Assembly (NCBI RefSeq): GCF_006345805.1
Contig: NC_042997.1
Span: 49,228,001-49,292,000 of the forward strand
From: Octopus sinensis
Taxonomy: Eukaryota
Length of the DNA stretch: 64,000 bases
Direction: 5' to 3'
The stretch's first letter is position 1; every line of letters begins with the position of its first letter. The notes beneath the pieces were generated by a model. It was not told where the DNA came from. It ran no database searches and saw nothing but the letters and a program-made list of their open reading frames with translations. Below, piece by piece: positions 50,130-63,185 of the stretch. A program made the position numbers and the translations under genes.

Positions 50130-50975
50130 AAGAGGCTTTCAAGCTCTCTCATCAAGGGGTCCTTAGTAAGTCTGGTAAAAAGTAGCCGGGATTGCCGTTG
50201 GATGATGCTATTATGAATGGTGCACTATTAAAGAAAAATGAACTGGAATATCATCTGGTAAAAAGGAACAAAAAGCAGGTCAAGAGTGAACAGAAGAATA
50301 ACCAGTAATATTATATGGCAGTGAAACATGGACACTGCCAAAGAAATTATCAAGCAGGATAAATGGATGCTACACAAGTAGCCGTAAATGTGAAATGGCA
50401 ACAATATATGACAAATGAATGCCTTTATGGAGACCTGCTGAAAGTCAGTGAGAAGATCAGGCAAAGTTAGGGAGAAGATCAGGCAAAGTTAGGGAGAAGA
50501 TCAGGCAAAGTTAGAGAGAAGATCAGGCAAAGTTAGAGAGAAGATCAGGCAAAGTTAGAGAGAAGATCAGGCAAAGTTAGAGAGAAGATCAGGCAAAGTT
50601 AGGGAGAAGATCAGGCAAAGTTAGGGAGAAGATCAGGCAAAGTTAGGGAGAAGATCAGGCAAAGTTAGGGAGAAGATCAAGCAAAGTTAAGGAGAAGATC
50701 AAGCAAAGTTAAGGAGAAGATCAAGCAAAGTTAGAGAGAAGATCAGGCAAAGATGGCTGCAACTATCTGGTCACTGTGTGCACACTCTAAACTGGAAGCA
50801 TCCAAATTAGTCTTGTGGAACCCTCTTCCTGGGGATGTAAGAAGAGGAAGACATCACGCATCAACATTTTGTTCGCAAACACAGACCTAGATTGTATCCA
50901 GGACTTTGAGGCAGTGATGATGGACTTTGTTGCTGCAGCCTGGGTTGGAACCCAGTCATAATGATAATAAAGAGA
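50130..50975 (+). mobile_element. RTE 3' fragment (family R3; other ends at about 15075-15312 and 2062-2135)
   Basis: YGSETWTLP...NVKWQQYMTNECLYGDL.KVSEKIRQ [array] RWLQLSGHCV; 3' end with CTGGGTT-GG-AACCCAG hairpin and a TAA-rich tail. Confidence 0.75.
50450..50752 (+). repeat. 22-bp minisatellite, 13 full units plus a partial one
   Basis: GAGAAGATCAGGCAAAGTTAG(G/A); units start at 50450, 50472 ... 50736. Confidence 0.95.
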
Positions 50976-51595
50976 TAATAAGCAAACCTGGAGATACACA
51001 TAATTTACATTATTAAATATAGAAAGGGAATCATTATTATACATTGTAAAAGAGAAGTCAGAACAAATCCAAGATTACTGGGTATTAATCACAAGATACC
51101 TGTTCCTGTTCCTCTATTGTACTTTTAACCTCTCATCACCTGACTATAACTCTCTCCCTCAATATTGCTCCTTACTCTTAATTGAGGTGTCTTGTCTTGC
51201 AATTTACTTGGTGACCTCAATGCTGCTGGTACTATGCACACGTTTCCCAAACCACATGGTAGAATGGCTGAAATTAGGAAGAGAGTTGTAGAAACTATGC
51301 CAAAGCAGATACTCGAAATTGGTGCAGTCCTCTGGCTTGCTGGCTTCAGCCAAACCATCCAACCTACGACAGCATGGGAAACGGATGTTAAATGATGAGG
51401 ATAAAGATATATATAAATATATGCAAATCATCATCATCATCATCATCATCATTTAGCATCCATCTTCCTTTCTGGTATAGGTTGGATGGTTAAACTGGAA
51501 CTGGTAAGCCAGAGAGTTGCACCATGATCCAGTCTGTTTTGGCTTGGTTTCTATGGTTGGATGCCCTTCCTAATGCCAGCCACTTCACAGAGTGT

Positions 51596-52113
51596 GTGAC
51601 CACCCATCGGTCATGAATGACCATGGGATTGCACCTAGAAAGTTACCCTCCGAAGCACAAGTCTGGGCAAGGTTTTTTTATGGAAGACCAGCAGTCGCCC
51701 ATGCATACTGGCCTCCCCTCTCCACATCACCGATGTTATCCAAGGGAAAGGCAAAGGCAGATATAGCTTGGCACCTGTGACGTCGCAGCTCATTTATTAA
51801 CATGCAAGTGGCCGAGCATTTCACAGACACGTGTACCCTTAATGTAGTTCTCGGGGGGGGGGAGATTCAGCATGACACAGATTGTGACAAGGTTGGCCCT
51901 TTGAAATACAGGTACAAGAGAAACAGGAAGAAAGAGTGAGAGAAAGTTGTGGTGAAAGAGTACAGCAGGGTTCACCACCACCCCCTGCCGGAGCCTCGTA
52001 GAGTTTTAGGTGTTTTTGCTCAATAAACACTCATAATGCCCCGGTCTGGGAATTGAAACCGCGATCCTATGACCGGAGTCTGCTGTCCTAACCACTGGGC
52101 CATTGTGCCTCCA
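51596..52113 (-). mobile_element. Tripartite chimeric SINE (D head and body, E middle, C tail)
   Basis: Perfect 15-bp TSD CACTTCACAGAGTGT at 51581-51595/52114-52128; the modules match separate elements at 17400-17665, 56760-57638 and 19715-19880/62940-63180. Confidence 0.8.
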
Positions 52114-53378
52114 CACTTCACAGAGTGTATCGACTGTCTTTTATGTGTCACCAGCATGCCACTCGCATGGGTGCCTCTTACATGTAATCAATGCAATAAT
52201 ATGAATTTGTAGTCACCCCATACAGAAAATATATGAGTCTGACAATCAGACAGCCAAAGGATTGAAATTTGAATACAGTTAGTTATACAGCTTCAGTGCA
52301 GAGCCATGCATGTACACACACATACATGTACATATATGGACATATGTACATAGATGTGTGCATATATTTAAGTCTAGTTTAAGTAAATCTGCCTTGTGAT
52401 TGGGTCAGATATTTAGTCACTTGCAGCTTCAAATGCAAGTTACAAAAATCACCTCACAAGCACTGGTACCATGTAAAAAAAAGTACCCAGTACCCATTGT
52501 AAAGTGGTTGGTATTGCAAGAGTATCCAGCTGTAGAAACCATGCCAAAACTGAGACAGTGGAGCAAAACAAGACATGGTCCCACACAAGCGAGCATGCAT
52601 GTGGTGAATTCATGCATTTATTTTATTTTCTTATCTGTTTCAGGCACCGGTGCAGCTGCACTGCCTTGGAGGGTCGAGTTCACCAAAGCAACACCAGTGC
52701 TTATTCATTTACTAAGTTTGGTATTTATTCTCAGTCTATTCTCCTAGGTTACAGGGCATTAAAAAGCAGATGGGGGGGGGAGAGACAAACATACACACAG
52801 GCACACACACACACACAATCATCATCTTCATCATTATCATCATTTAACATCTATTTTCCATGGGTTGGACAGTTTGACAGGAGCCAGCAAGCTGGAGGGC
52901 TGCACTAGGCTCCACTCATCTGTTTGGCATGGTCTCTATGGCTGGACACCCTTTACAGTGTATGCTGGGTGCATTTTACCTGGTGCCAGTTTCCACCAGT
53001 TTCCATCAACCACAAGGCATTGGTCAGCTCGGGGCTAAAGAATACATGTCCAAGGTGCCATACAGTGTATGAGAACCCAAAACCATGTGGTTTGCAAAGC
53101 AAGCTTCTTAACCACACAGTCACGTTTGTTCCTATTCAAATATATCCAGAAAACGTATTATGTTGCATATTCAACAATTATTGTCAAGAAAAATTATGAA
53201 ATTACGTAACATTCTGGAGAGTATATGAATTAATCATAATTATATGAAAAAGAAAATTCAAGCTTTGCTCTGATGTAATTTAGGATTGATGACCCCCAAG
53301 GAAGAAGATAATCAAATAATAAAAATAAGTTAATATGATAATAATGATGAAGAGGTAAGAAAGATGACATTATGTATG

Positions 53379-53433
<55 letters not shown>

Positions 53434-54039
53434 TAAAAAAATAAGGGAAAAGACTGGAGGTGGTATGAGTAAGATTCTATTAAAAGAAAAACAAATCAAC
53501 AGCAGTTTATATGAACTCCCTTTGAGTTCTATTTTAGGCGTAGGATGAATTAAGACAATTTTCCTATGAATAAATATTCAAATATAATTATCATAATTAT
53601 CATCATCATCATCATAATTATCATTACACATCTGCTCTTCCATTTTGGCATGGTCTGGCCAAGCTGCACATCTCTTCATCGCCTGCTGTGGTCTTTCAGT
53701 CATCTGGCACACACACATACAATAACAGAGAAAAATCAGCCATTTAGGATTATTCTTAGCATGATTCTAAAGAATGGTTGTCCCTACCATCACCAACCAC
53801 TTTACAGCATGGACTGAAGACATTTTATCACCCCAGACAGACAAAATGCAAGAGAATGCTCTACTGTAGGCTGTCTCCATTTGCTCGTCTTAGCACAGTC
53901 TTTACAGTTGGATGTCTTTCCTAATAAAACTTGCCAAAAATTAAGAGAAAAGGAAACAGACTTTCCAAACACAAGGAGATGATACATGTTTAAAAACTGG
54001 AGGATGAAATTACATATCATCATCATCGTCATCGTTTAA

Positions 54040-54258
54040 CCCTTTAGTATTTAAACCGGCCATATCTGGCCAAAATATTTAATCTGTTTTATGTTCAAAC
54101 TGACCAGATCCAGGCTCTCACACCTACCCTACAATGTTATTCTACATTAAGTAATTACACCATCAAGATCTTGAAGATATGAGATAATGCATGATTAATT
54201 CAAATCAATGGGAATCAATAAGCATTATGTTTGATAGAATAATCTGAACACTAAAGGG
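54040..54258 (+). mobile_element. piggyBac-type MITE M1 (other copies 34569-35333 and 56862-57431 interrupted; 38914-39091; about 44002-44221)
   Basis: TTAA TSD at 54036-39/54259-62; TIR CCCTTTAG...CTAAAGGG. Confidence 0.8.
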
Positions 54259-54399
54259 TTAATGTCCACTTTCCATGCTGGCACAGTTTGGACGCTTAGA
54301 CAAGCTGGCAGGCTGCTCCAGGCTCCAATCTGATTTATATCTATATGTATTTATATGTATTTCTTTCGACCATTTCATTATGTTGAACCATTAATCCCT

Positions 54400-54540
54400 A
54401 AACATTTTTTTTATTCTCTCTCTGGTTTTTTGTTTTGTTTGCTTGTTTTTGCCTCTTAATCCTTTCCATCGAAGAGAGTAGGTTCAAAATGTCAAAGACT
54501 TTTCCATTCTTCCCGAGTGTTAACTTAATGAAAATGCAAA
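54400..54540 (+). mobile_element. Family P2 remnant
   Basis: cctttccatcgaagagagtaggttcaaaatgtcaaagactt aligns with the 20075-20120 motif. Confidence 0.5.
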
Positions 54541-54809
54541 CACTACTGATGGGCAGAAATATCTCCCCTGAGCATATTTAAAAATTCACTGCAGCCTGCA
54601 TCCATTTTCTACATTGAGGCATAAATGGCACTTGCTAGATTTGAAGCTTAAAAGTATAAACTGAATTTCAAGAGCTGATAAATAACCCTAGTCAGCTTTG
54701 CATTAATGCCCATATGTATTAAGGCCAATCAATACACTTGGTGTAAATTTTACTTACACTTCAGATATACTGAACCTGCACTAAGTTCAAACTATATACC
54801 CTATCATGC

Positions 54810-55027
54810 CAGAACCGTTAGCGCGCCGGGCGAAATGCTTAGCAGTATTTCGTCTGTCGTTACGTGTTGAGTTCAAATTCCGCTGAGGACGACTTTGCCT
54901 TTCATCCTTTCGGGGTTGATAAATAAAGTACCAGTTTTGCACTGGGGTCGATGTAATCAACTTAATCCGTTTGTCTGTCCTTGTTTGTCCCCTCTGTGTT
55001 TAGCCCCTTGTGGGTAGTAAAGAAATA
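54810..55027 (+). mobile_element. SINE-A1
   Basis: 17-bp TSD TATATACCCT(A/G)TCATGC at 54793-54809/55028-55044. Confidence 0.88.
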
Positions 55028-55969
55028 TATATACCCTGTCATGCTATATATTTGATTGTGTGAATCACAGAATATACAAACAGTGATTGTCAACATCTAA
55101 CCTTGTTATTAAGACTTTTCTAAAGACTCATCTGTAATTAATGATTGTATTAATTATGGTAAAAAGCAAACAAGACTATATACTAAATCATATGTTTATG
55201 AATTTGAGAATTCATTCTATTCACATCATCATTAAACAATATAAAAAGTTGTATAGCAAAATATACCTGAAAACTGAAGCCCCTCTTAAGATTTACACAG
55301 AAATTATTCCCCATTCAAGAGGCATTAATAGAATCCTGAGAATGGTGAAGTCTGTATTTCAATGAGTGAGTATTTATAAGAATGAAACACGTTAGGCATC
55401 ACCTCCCATGCTGGTCAGATTCATTACAACATCATCATCACCATCATCATTTTAACAGCCACTTTCCTAAGCTTGCATGCATGAGAGGGAGTTCTTTGAG
55501 GCTGATTTTCAACAGCCAGATACCCTTTCCTTTTGTCAACCCTTACCTGTTCCCAGCTAAGGTAGATTTTCCTTATAACCAGAAACGTTTTTCACAGAAT
55601 ATTCAAAATTAATGACATGCATGAACAACAACCATGCAACATCATAACAACACTAACATACACACTCACACTCACGAGGGGCTTCTATCAGTTTCCATCT
55701 ATGAAATCCATTCACAAGGCTTTTGTTCATTCAGGGTTACCATAGCAGACACTTGTCCAAGTTACCATGAAGTGGAACTGAACCCAAAACCATGTGGTTG
55801 GGAAGCAAACTTTCTACCACACCATCACACCCATGCCCTCAGCATAATTATTTTTAATTAGCATTTTTTTCGTTAATTTCCCACTATATTAAACATGTTA
55901 ATATTAAGTTAATTACCTCTTAAATTCCTGTAATGCTTTCTCTATATAGATCCCCCAATTCTGTTAAAA

Positions 55970-56188
55970 CTCTTTTATTACTCTTTTATTTGTTTCAGTC
56001 ATTTGACTGGGGCCATACTGGAGCACTGCCTTTAGTCGAGAAAATCAACCCCAGGACTTATTCTTTGTAAGCCTAGTACTTATTCTATCGGTCCCTTTTG
56101 CCGAACCGCTAAGTTACAGGGCATAAACATACCACCATCGGTTGTGAAGCGATGTTGGGGGGACAAACACAGACACACAAACATATAC

Positions 56189-56226
<38 letters not shown>

Positions 56227-56400
56227 GCACACATATACGACGGGATTCTTTCAGTTTCCGTCTACCAAATCCACTCACAAAGCTTTGGTTGGCCCGAGGC
56301 TATAGTAGAAGACACTTGCCCAAGGTGTCATGCAGTGGGACTGAACCCAGAACCATGTGGTAGGTAAGCAAGCTACTTACCACATAGCCGCTCCTGCACC
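55970..56400 (-). mobile_element. SINE-B, tail T1
   Basis: Reverse complement of the 32405-32830 structure. Confidence 0.85.
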
Positions 56401-56759
56401 TAAGATTTTGATGAAAATGCAGTTAATTCAGTATAGAAAAATCATAAGAATATAACTTTTACTGAATGAATTGGATGAAATTTGATGATCTTTCCAATTT
56501 TTTTTTCAACATTTACAACTGGTTTTTCTAAGATTTTAAAAACAAGTGAAATATACAAAAAAAATCCTTACTCAACAAGGATGAGTTGACAACAGGAAGA
56601 ATGTCTGGCAGTAAAATTCTTTGTCAAATAAATAAATCCTCATCCAACCCATGCTAACATGGAAAAACATATTGAAACGAACAATCTAACCAAGTACAAA
56701 ATATGTTTAAAGCAAAATTTTGAGAAGACAAATTCTATTTTATGTTTGAAACTCTATTA

Positions 56760-57638
56760 GTGACGCTGACAAGGATTCCAGCTGATCCAATCAACAGAAC
56801 AGCCTGCTCGTGAAATTAACATACATGGGGCCAAACACTCCACAAATGTACATGACCTTAACCCTTTAGCATTCAGATTACTCTGTCAAATGTAATCCAT
56901 ATTTATTCACATTCATCATCGTTTAACGTCTATTTTCCATGCTAGCATGGGCTGGATGGTTCAACTGGGGTCTGGGAAGCCAGGAGGCTGCACCAGGCCC
57001 AGTCCGATCTGGCAGTGTTTCTACGGCTGGATGCCCTTCCTAACACCAACCACTCTGAGAGTGTAGTGGGTGCTTTTCATGTGCCACCTGCACAGGTGCC
57101 AGATGAGGCTAGCAAACGGCCACGATCGGATGGTACTTTTTACATGCCACTGGCACAGAGGCCAGTCAGGGCAGCAATGGCAACGGCCACGTTCGGATGG
57201 TTCTCTTACGTGCCACTGGCACTGGTATCACAGCTACAATTTCCATTGATGTTGAAAGATTTCGATTTGAATTAATCATGTATGATCTCAAAGCTTCACA
57301 ATTTTGATAAGTAAATGTTTTAGTTTCAGGATGGCATTGTAGGGTGAATGCGAGAGGCTGCATCTGGTTAGTCTGAACAAAAAAGAGGTAGAATATTTAG
57401 GCCAGATAAGGCCGGTTTGAATGCTAAAGAGTTAATGATGTTCTCATGGAGATTTAGCGTTGACATAATGTGACATTGCTGGCCCTTTGAAATACAGGTG
57501 CTACTCAATTTTGCCAGCTGAGTGGACTGGAGCAACATGAAATAAAATGTCTTGCTCAAGGACAAAACGTGTCACTGAGAATTGAACTCACGACCTTACA
57601 GTCTTGAACTGAATATCCTAACTACTTTACCACATGCC
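56760..57638 (-). mobile_element. CORE-type SINE-E interrupted by a MITE that itself carries an RTE tail
   Basis: Head and CORE part at 57436-57638; body resumes below 56857; TTAA at 56858-61 and 57432-35. Confidence 0.72.
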
Positions 57639-58424
57639 TTCACGTCACTCCATATATCAAATGTAAATAGGTTAATATTCTTTTGTAGCTCAGCCAGAAG
57701 ATGATTAAGATTCAACAAGATTAAAAATGCCTTTATTTTTGTGTGTGCTAATTCCAAAACCTAAGTTATGTATCTGCACAAATCACCTTGCTCATTTTTT
57801 TTTTTTTACCTTTTTTCCTTTTATCCATATGTAAAAGAGGCATAAGTACAACCCAGCTCCTCACAGACACAGAAAACTTACATTAACAAATCAAAAAAAT
57901 CCTTATCTTTCACTCTTCAACAATAAGAGATTGTCTCATACATGCAAGCAAACACAACGCACAGATTAGTTAGCGCCTGATTAATAATAATAATATTTGT
58001 GTCACCTTAAGAAGTTCAGAATTAGAAGATTATAAAGTCACAGGAGACAATAAGCTATTTCATAGCATTCACCTAAACAGCCTGTACTCATTGTTAGACA
58101 GGTCAAGCACATACTATATTTACTATGAAGACAGAACTACTTCTTGACTGAAAAGAAACACTTGCTTGCCATTCATTAAGATCAGGTTGTAGCATATGTT
58201 TCATTGAAGATAAAAACTAAATAGCAACAGTGTTTGAAACCTGATACTGCCTATGAAGCAATAATATAAATCTTTTATCTTTGTTTTAGACACATTCATA
58301 TCATTATAATATTTTAAGTTTAAGGGTGTTTGGCCTCATGACCACAAAGTTAATGGTTTGTATCCCTAATCACCAGTACTAGAAGTGTTTATGGGTATGA
58401 CTTAAATCATGCTAGATCAGTTAA

Positions 58425-58722
58425 CCCTTTCGAGACACATGATGATTTGGTATGTGTGGCCAAAAAGACCAAAATGGTTTCCATGGTGAGATTGAAACTG
58501 ATGGGTGCACGTAGAAAGCAAAGGATAAAAGGCCTAAAACTACTTTATTAGTATGTAAAACTATATATATTATACAGTTTTATATTATATCTACTGAAAG
58601 ACAATCTCTGATTGGTTATTACACTTCAAAATGTTTGTTTCATTGGGCCAATGGATCGTCCTTAAAATCCTTTCGGCTAGTATCACTTGGACCAATTAAT
58701 CGGCCCATATGTCCCAAGAAGG
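58425..58722. mobile_element. piggyBac-type MITE M3
   Basis: TTAA at 58421-24 and 58723-26; imperfect TIR CCCTTTCGAGACACAT / ATATGTCCCAAGAAGG. Confidence 0.55.
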
Positions 58723-60181
58723 TTAAATGAATAAATACATATCAGATGAAGATGTAGATTACTTCTGCAATGTGTACACATTATAAGAGAATGGCCCCAC
58801 TGACTTACAGTGAAAAGCCTTAAGTTTTAAAATCACTTCTCTGAAAGTCATTCATTACTGGATGCATCTAATAAATAACCAATTACTTACCTATTTGTTA
58901 TCACATTTACTTTGGTAAATATATTCAATTAAAATTATTTGTGAAAATTGCCTCCCTACTTTCTGCCACCTATACTTCCCCCACTCTTTACCTGTATAAA
59001 CTGTCATTCCTGTACCAAATTGATCACCTATCAAACATAACAAAATCAACTAGAAATATGTCAGAATGACTTCACAATTTTTCTTATTTTATTTTTCTTT
59101 GTTTTAGAATAAATATACCCATATCTTTGCGTAATGACTGAAAATGCTGGCAACAAAAAGGGTACCCAGCTTTAAAACACAGCATCAGAAAATCTGTCTA
59201 ACCTATGTCAACATGGAAAAGCAGCAGCAGGTGGTGATGATGATGAGGAGGAGGAGGAGGGGAAGCTCCAGCAATTCTCTGATCCAACTTTGAAGAACAG
59301 AAATCTTTATGCAACCTGAAAATGTTGGAAATGTCTAACAACTATCAAAACAATTTGTTAGCAACAGATTAGTTTCATACAAAGGATGCCACAGTAACCA
59401 TTTACTGCACATAACTGCATAGGAACCACTGAGGGAGCCTCTAATGTTTGCTTGACCTGTGAACATAGTAACCAAATCACCTTCAAAAACAACATCTTTT
59501 AGAGTCTAAAACAAAAAAACACTGGATAGAGTAGAGTGGAATGAGTTCGGTCACACATCTTGATCAGCGTTAAATAACAACAATAATACTGTATAGTTAT
59601 TATACTTCCCCCATCTTCACATCATATTTTCTGTTTAGTTTTCCTTTTCTATCAACAAAACATGGCAACTTTAGGGAATTTGCTGGTTGGGTTATTTCTT
59701 ACTTTAGCTTTTTTTATTTCAATTCAATTCAGTTCAGATAAATCTATTCATTCAACCTAGAGGGCCCCTACATTTTTTTTTCTTTCCATTCAAGACCCCC
59801 TGCTTGATTCCATGATTCTCATGCTGTACTTCCAATGCAGTGAGAATGAGGTCATTTGCATACAGAATCTTCCTGGGAAAGTATTTCTAAAATGGAAATA
59901 TTTCAACATTGCCACAAAGACTTACTTGTTTAGATGAGAGAATATATATATTTTTCTTAATTTCTACCATCCTCTCCCATGCTTGTATGTGTGTGTGTAA
60001 AGATACATAATCTCATGTACAACAGGAAGTGCCCCTTAAACTTAAGACCTCCTTGTGAGAATTTAAAAGAACAAGCTTTTGATCTTTTTACTCATGTGTC
60101 AGCTTCCACTTGCTCTTCATTGCAGTGTAAGCAATAATGTTTAACAATTACTTTATCATACAACAAAATGGAACAATGACT

Positions 60182-60290
60182 ATACTAAGGGCTACTGCTA
60201 ACCATTGACTAATGGCTATGATACTAAGGGCTACTGCTAACCATTGACTAATGACTATGATACTAAGGTCTACTTCTAACCACCGACTCA
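60182..60290 (+). repeat. 39-bp tandem repeat, about 2.8 copies
   Basis: ATACTAAGG recurs at 60182, 60221 and 60260. Confidence 0.85.
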
Positions 60291-61744
60291 TCAGTCCGAA
60301 CCTTAATAAATAATTTTTTTTATCTTATTTTCAAGGGAAGGCAGTGCTCATAAAACCATTGTAGGGTTTTCCAGACTGGTAAGACGAAAGGAAGGGAAGG
60401 TGCTTTTAAATCAGTAGCCTTGTTCAAATTCTTGCCACATTCAACAGAATGGGCTCTGCTACTGCTTATGGCACCCAAGGTGCAGGTAGAGGTTTTAAAA
60501 CCAGGCAATGGATGAAGTTTACCACCCATCTAAAGAAAAAAGAATGTAGGGATGGTACATTAAGTACCTCAGTCTAATCAGATTCCTTACACAAGCTCCA
60601 CTTTCCCTATCAAAGTGTATTTAGAAAGAAGGAGAACTTAGACAATGTAACAGCCATAAATATGGAAAGGATCGTGAAGGTCACATCTGATTGTAGCTTT
60701 GTTCAATCAGGGATGACCTGGAGTAGAATAAGCCAAGGAGTAAGCTCCTATGAGGTCATTTGACCTACAAGAAACAATACCACATTGTGGTTACTCAGGT
60801 TGCAAGAACAGATAAAACAATAATTTAACAAGAGACAGACACATGCTTCGTTTCAAGTCAGTGAAGAACTACTAAATAGTTATTTAATCTGCTAGAAATA
60901 GCAGACAAATCTCCTTCAAATTACACATCCTACTATCATAAAAGGATAGATACATGCTTCATTATGTAGTTGCATAACATGTTAGAAATAGTAGACAAAT
61001 CTCCCTCAAACTGCATATCCTTCTGCCTTAAAATGTACTAAAAGAAGAGTTGGTTTTTAGTTGGAATGCTTTTAATCATAGGTCAATCCAATTAAGAGTA
61101 ATGTAGGACTAAACCACTACTACAACAACAACAACAACAACAGCAGTACTCTTTGTGTTAATTGTTCTAATTAAAAAGCAAAATTTTTTCAATGAGATAA
61201 CAAATAATGAATCATCTTAGACATGAGTAAATTAAGTGTTCTGCAATTATATCTTGATCACTTCTTACTAATTACTCTCATGTACAATAAGATGAATTTA
61301 TTAACAATGGCTAAGGAGTGTGTGTGTGTGTGTGTGAATATAGTGTACATATCTGGGGTGTGTTGCATGTCATCGTTATCATTACTTAATGAGATTTTCT
61401 ACAGCTGTTTGACTTTCCTGATCATCATCATCATCATCGTTTAACATCTGCTTTCCATGCTAGCATGGGTTGGACGATTTGACTGAGGGTTGGTGAACCA
61501 GATAGTTGCACCAGGCTCCAATCTTGATCTGGCAGAGTTTCTACAGCTGGATGCCCTTCCAAACACCAACCACTCCGAGAGTGTAGTGGGTGCTTTTACG
61601 TGCCACTGGCATGGGTGCCAGTCAGGTGGTACTGGCAACGACCTCGCTCAAATCTTTTTACACATACCACCGGCACAGGTGCCAGTAAGGCGATGCTGGT
61701 AAGGACCACGCTCAAATGGTGCCTTTTACGTGCCACAAATCTGG

Positions 61745-62090
61745 GTTTTGTCCCCGTTAACAAGGATGGCCGGATCTACCTCAATGCCATAGCAACCACC
61801 CTCGCACCATCATGCCCGGTTTGGGGTGTCCTCCTTTTTCAAACCAACCCTCCCAATCTCCTCTTACGCCTGTCCCCTCCACCTTTTCTTCAGTTTACCT
61901 TGCTTTCATGCTCCATTTTCCTCAAATGCAATCACCCACCCCCCTCAGAACATTCTTCATCCCTCCTCAACACATGCCCATATCACCTCACTCTATTCAC
62001 CCTTGCCAACCATTCCACTGATTTCTCCGACCCCAACATTCCCATCAAATCCTCAGTAATCCTCTTATCAAACCAGCTTCACCCCATGAG
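61745..62090 (-). mobile_element. Degenerate RTE 3' fragment
   Basis: VR*YGHVLRRDEE-like segment and a C-terminal IRPSLLTG-like end. Confidence 0.6.
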
Positions 62091-62739
62091 GTATTTCCTC
62101 ATGACTAGATATGTATTTCATGGAACACTAGAAACAAACAACATTGCTTAGTATGACCATTAATGCTTGTTTACAATCACCACTGGCATCAAGACAAGAC
62201 CACACACACACATATATATATATTAATCGAAGCATAGCTGCACTAACAAAAGGGACCACCTCCTACAAACAGAGCAGGATTACAGGAACACAAAGAAAAT
62301 GTGAGCTGTACAAGTCCAGAGCAAACTCCTTGCCTTCAGTGCAGCAGACCACCAGTGCCCAGCCTGAGGTAGAACATTCCAAGCATGCATCAGCCTGATT
62401 GACCACAGTTAGACACACTGTGACCCATCTTCACTTCCCATGTGATATCCTAGTCATCATCGACAATGACAGATGAACATTACGTACAGTATCATCTATC
62501 CATTACAGCCAATCTTACCAATAGGTATAGCACAAGGAGTACAATGGAGTGTTAGATAACAGTCCAATTATGAAACCCTGTTATCTAACATTCCCTTGAA
62601 CACCTAGTGCAAAACTGAAGGATACATAATATTGTACATTCTATTGAAAAATATACAAGTGCATATTTTTTCTGACTTGTGGATTCTTAGACAGCAATAT
62701 ATATATATATATATAGGTGCCATGCTTGACTGCTAAATC

Positions 62740-62910
62740 CACAAGTTTTTTTTATTCTCTCTCTGTTGAAGAGCATAGGCTCGAAACATAAAAGACTTTT
62801 TCACTTTCCCACAAGACAAACTAATACACCTGCTTGTTGTTCATACATCTGTCTTTGTCTTTTTGTACTCCACCTGCCTTCGTCTTTTGCTTATTTTCGT
62901 AAAGTTTCCC
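62740..62910 (+). mobile_element. Family P2 remnant
   Basis: ctgttgaagagcataggctcgaaacataaaagactttttc at 62763-62802, plus downstream ctaatacac...ttgtt similarity to 20138-20155. Confidence 0.55.
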
Positions 62911-62939
62911 TTTATATATGAAAGGGTAAAGACATCCTT

Positions 62940-63185
62940 CAGTCAAGAGTGACAATAGGATTGCACCTAGAAAGTTACCATCCGAGGCACAAGTTGGGCA
63001 AGTTTCCCCCCTCTAAATCACTGATGTTATCCAAGGGAAAGGCAAAGGCCAATACATCTTGGCACCAGTGACATCACAGCTCGTTTCTACAGCTGAGTGA
63101 ACTGGAGGAATGTAAAATAGGGCGTCGTGCTCAAGAATGCAACACACAGTCCGGTGTGAGCCCAACACTAACCACTAAACCATGT
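62940..63185 (-). mobile_element. SINE-C (another copy at about 19715-19880 +)
   Basis: ggattgcacctagaaagttacc...ccaagggaaaggcaaaggc...gtgacatcacagctc shared with 51596-51795. Confidence 0.68.

Noticed and set aside
50450-50752. CRISPR-like appearance of the 22-bp array (and of the 40468-41210 array)
   Set aside because: Units are contiguous with no unique spacers, there are no cas genes, and the context is eukaryotic retroelement DNA.
52030-52113. tRNA-like sequences in SINE heads (also 6548-6680 and the A/B/E heads)
   Set aside because: A and B boxes are present, but there is no complete cloverleaf or acceptor stem, and they run into SINE bodies; not tRNA genes.
435-62000. Orientation bias of R1 tails relative to the host gene
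   Set aside because: A rough count (about 11 minus, 7 plus) is not distinguishable from random.
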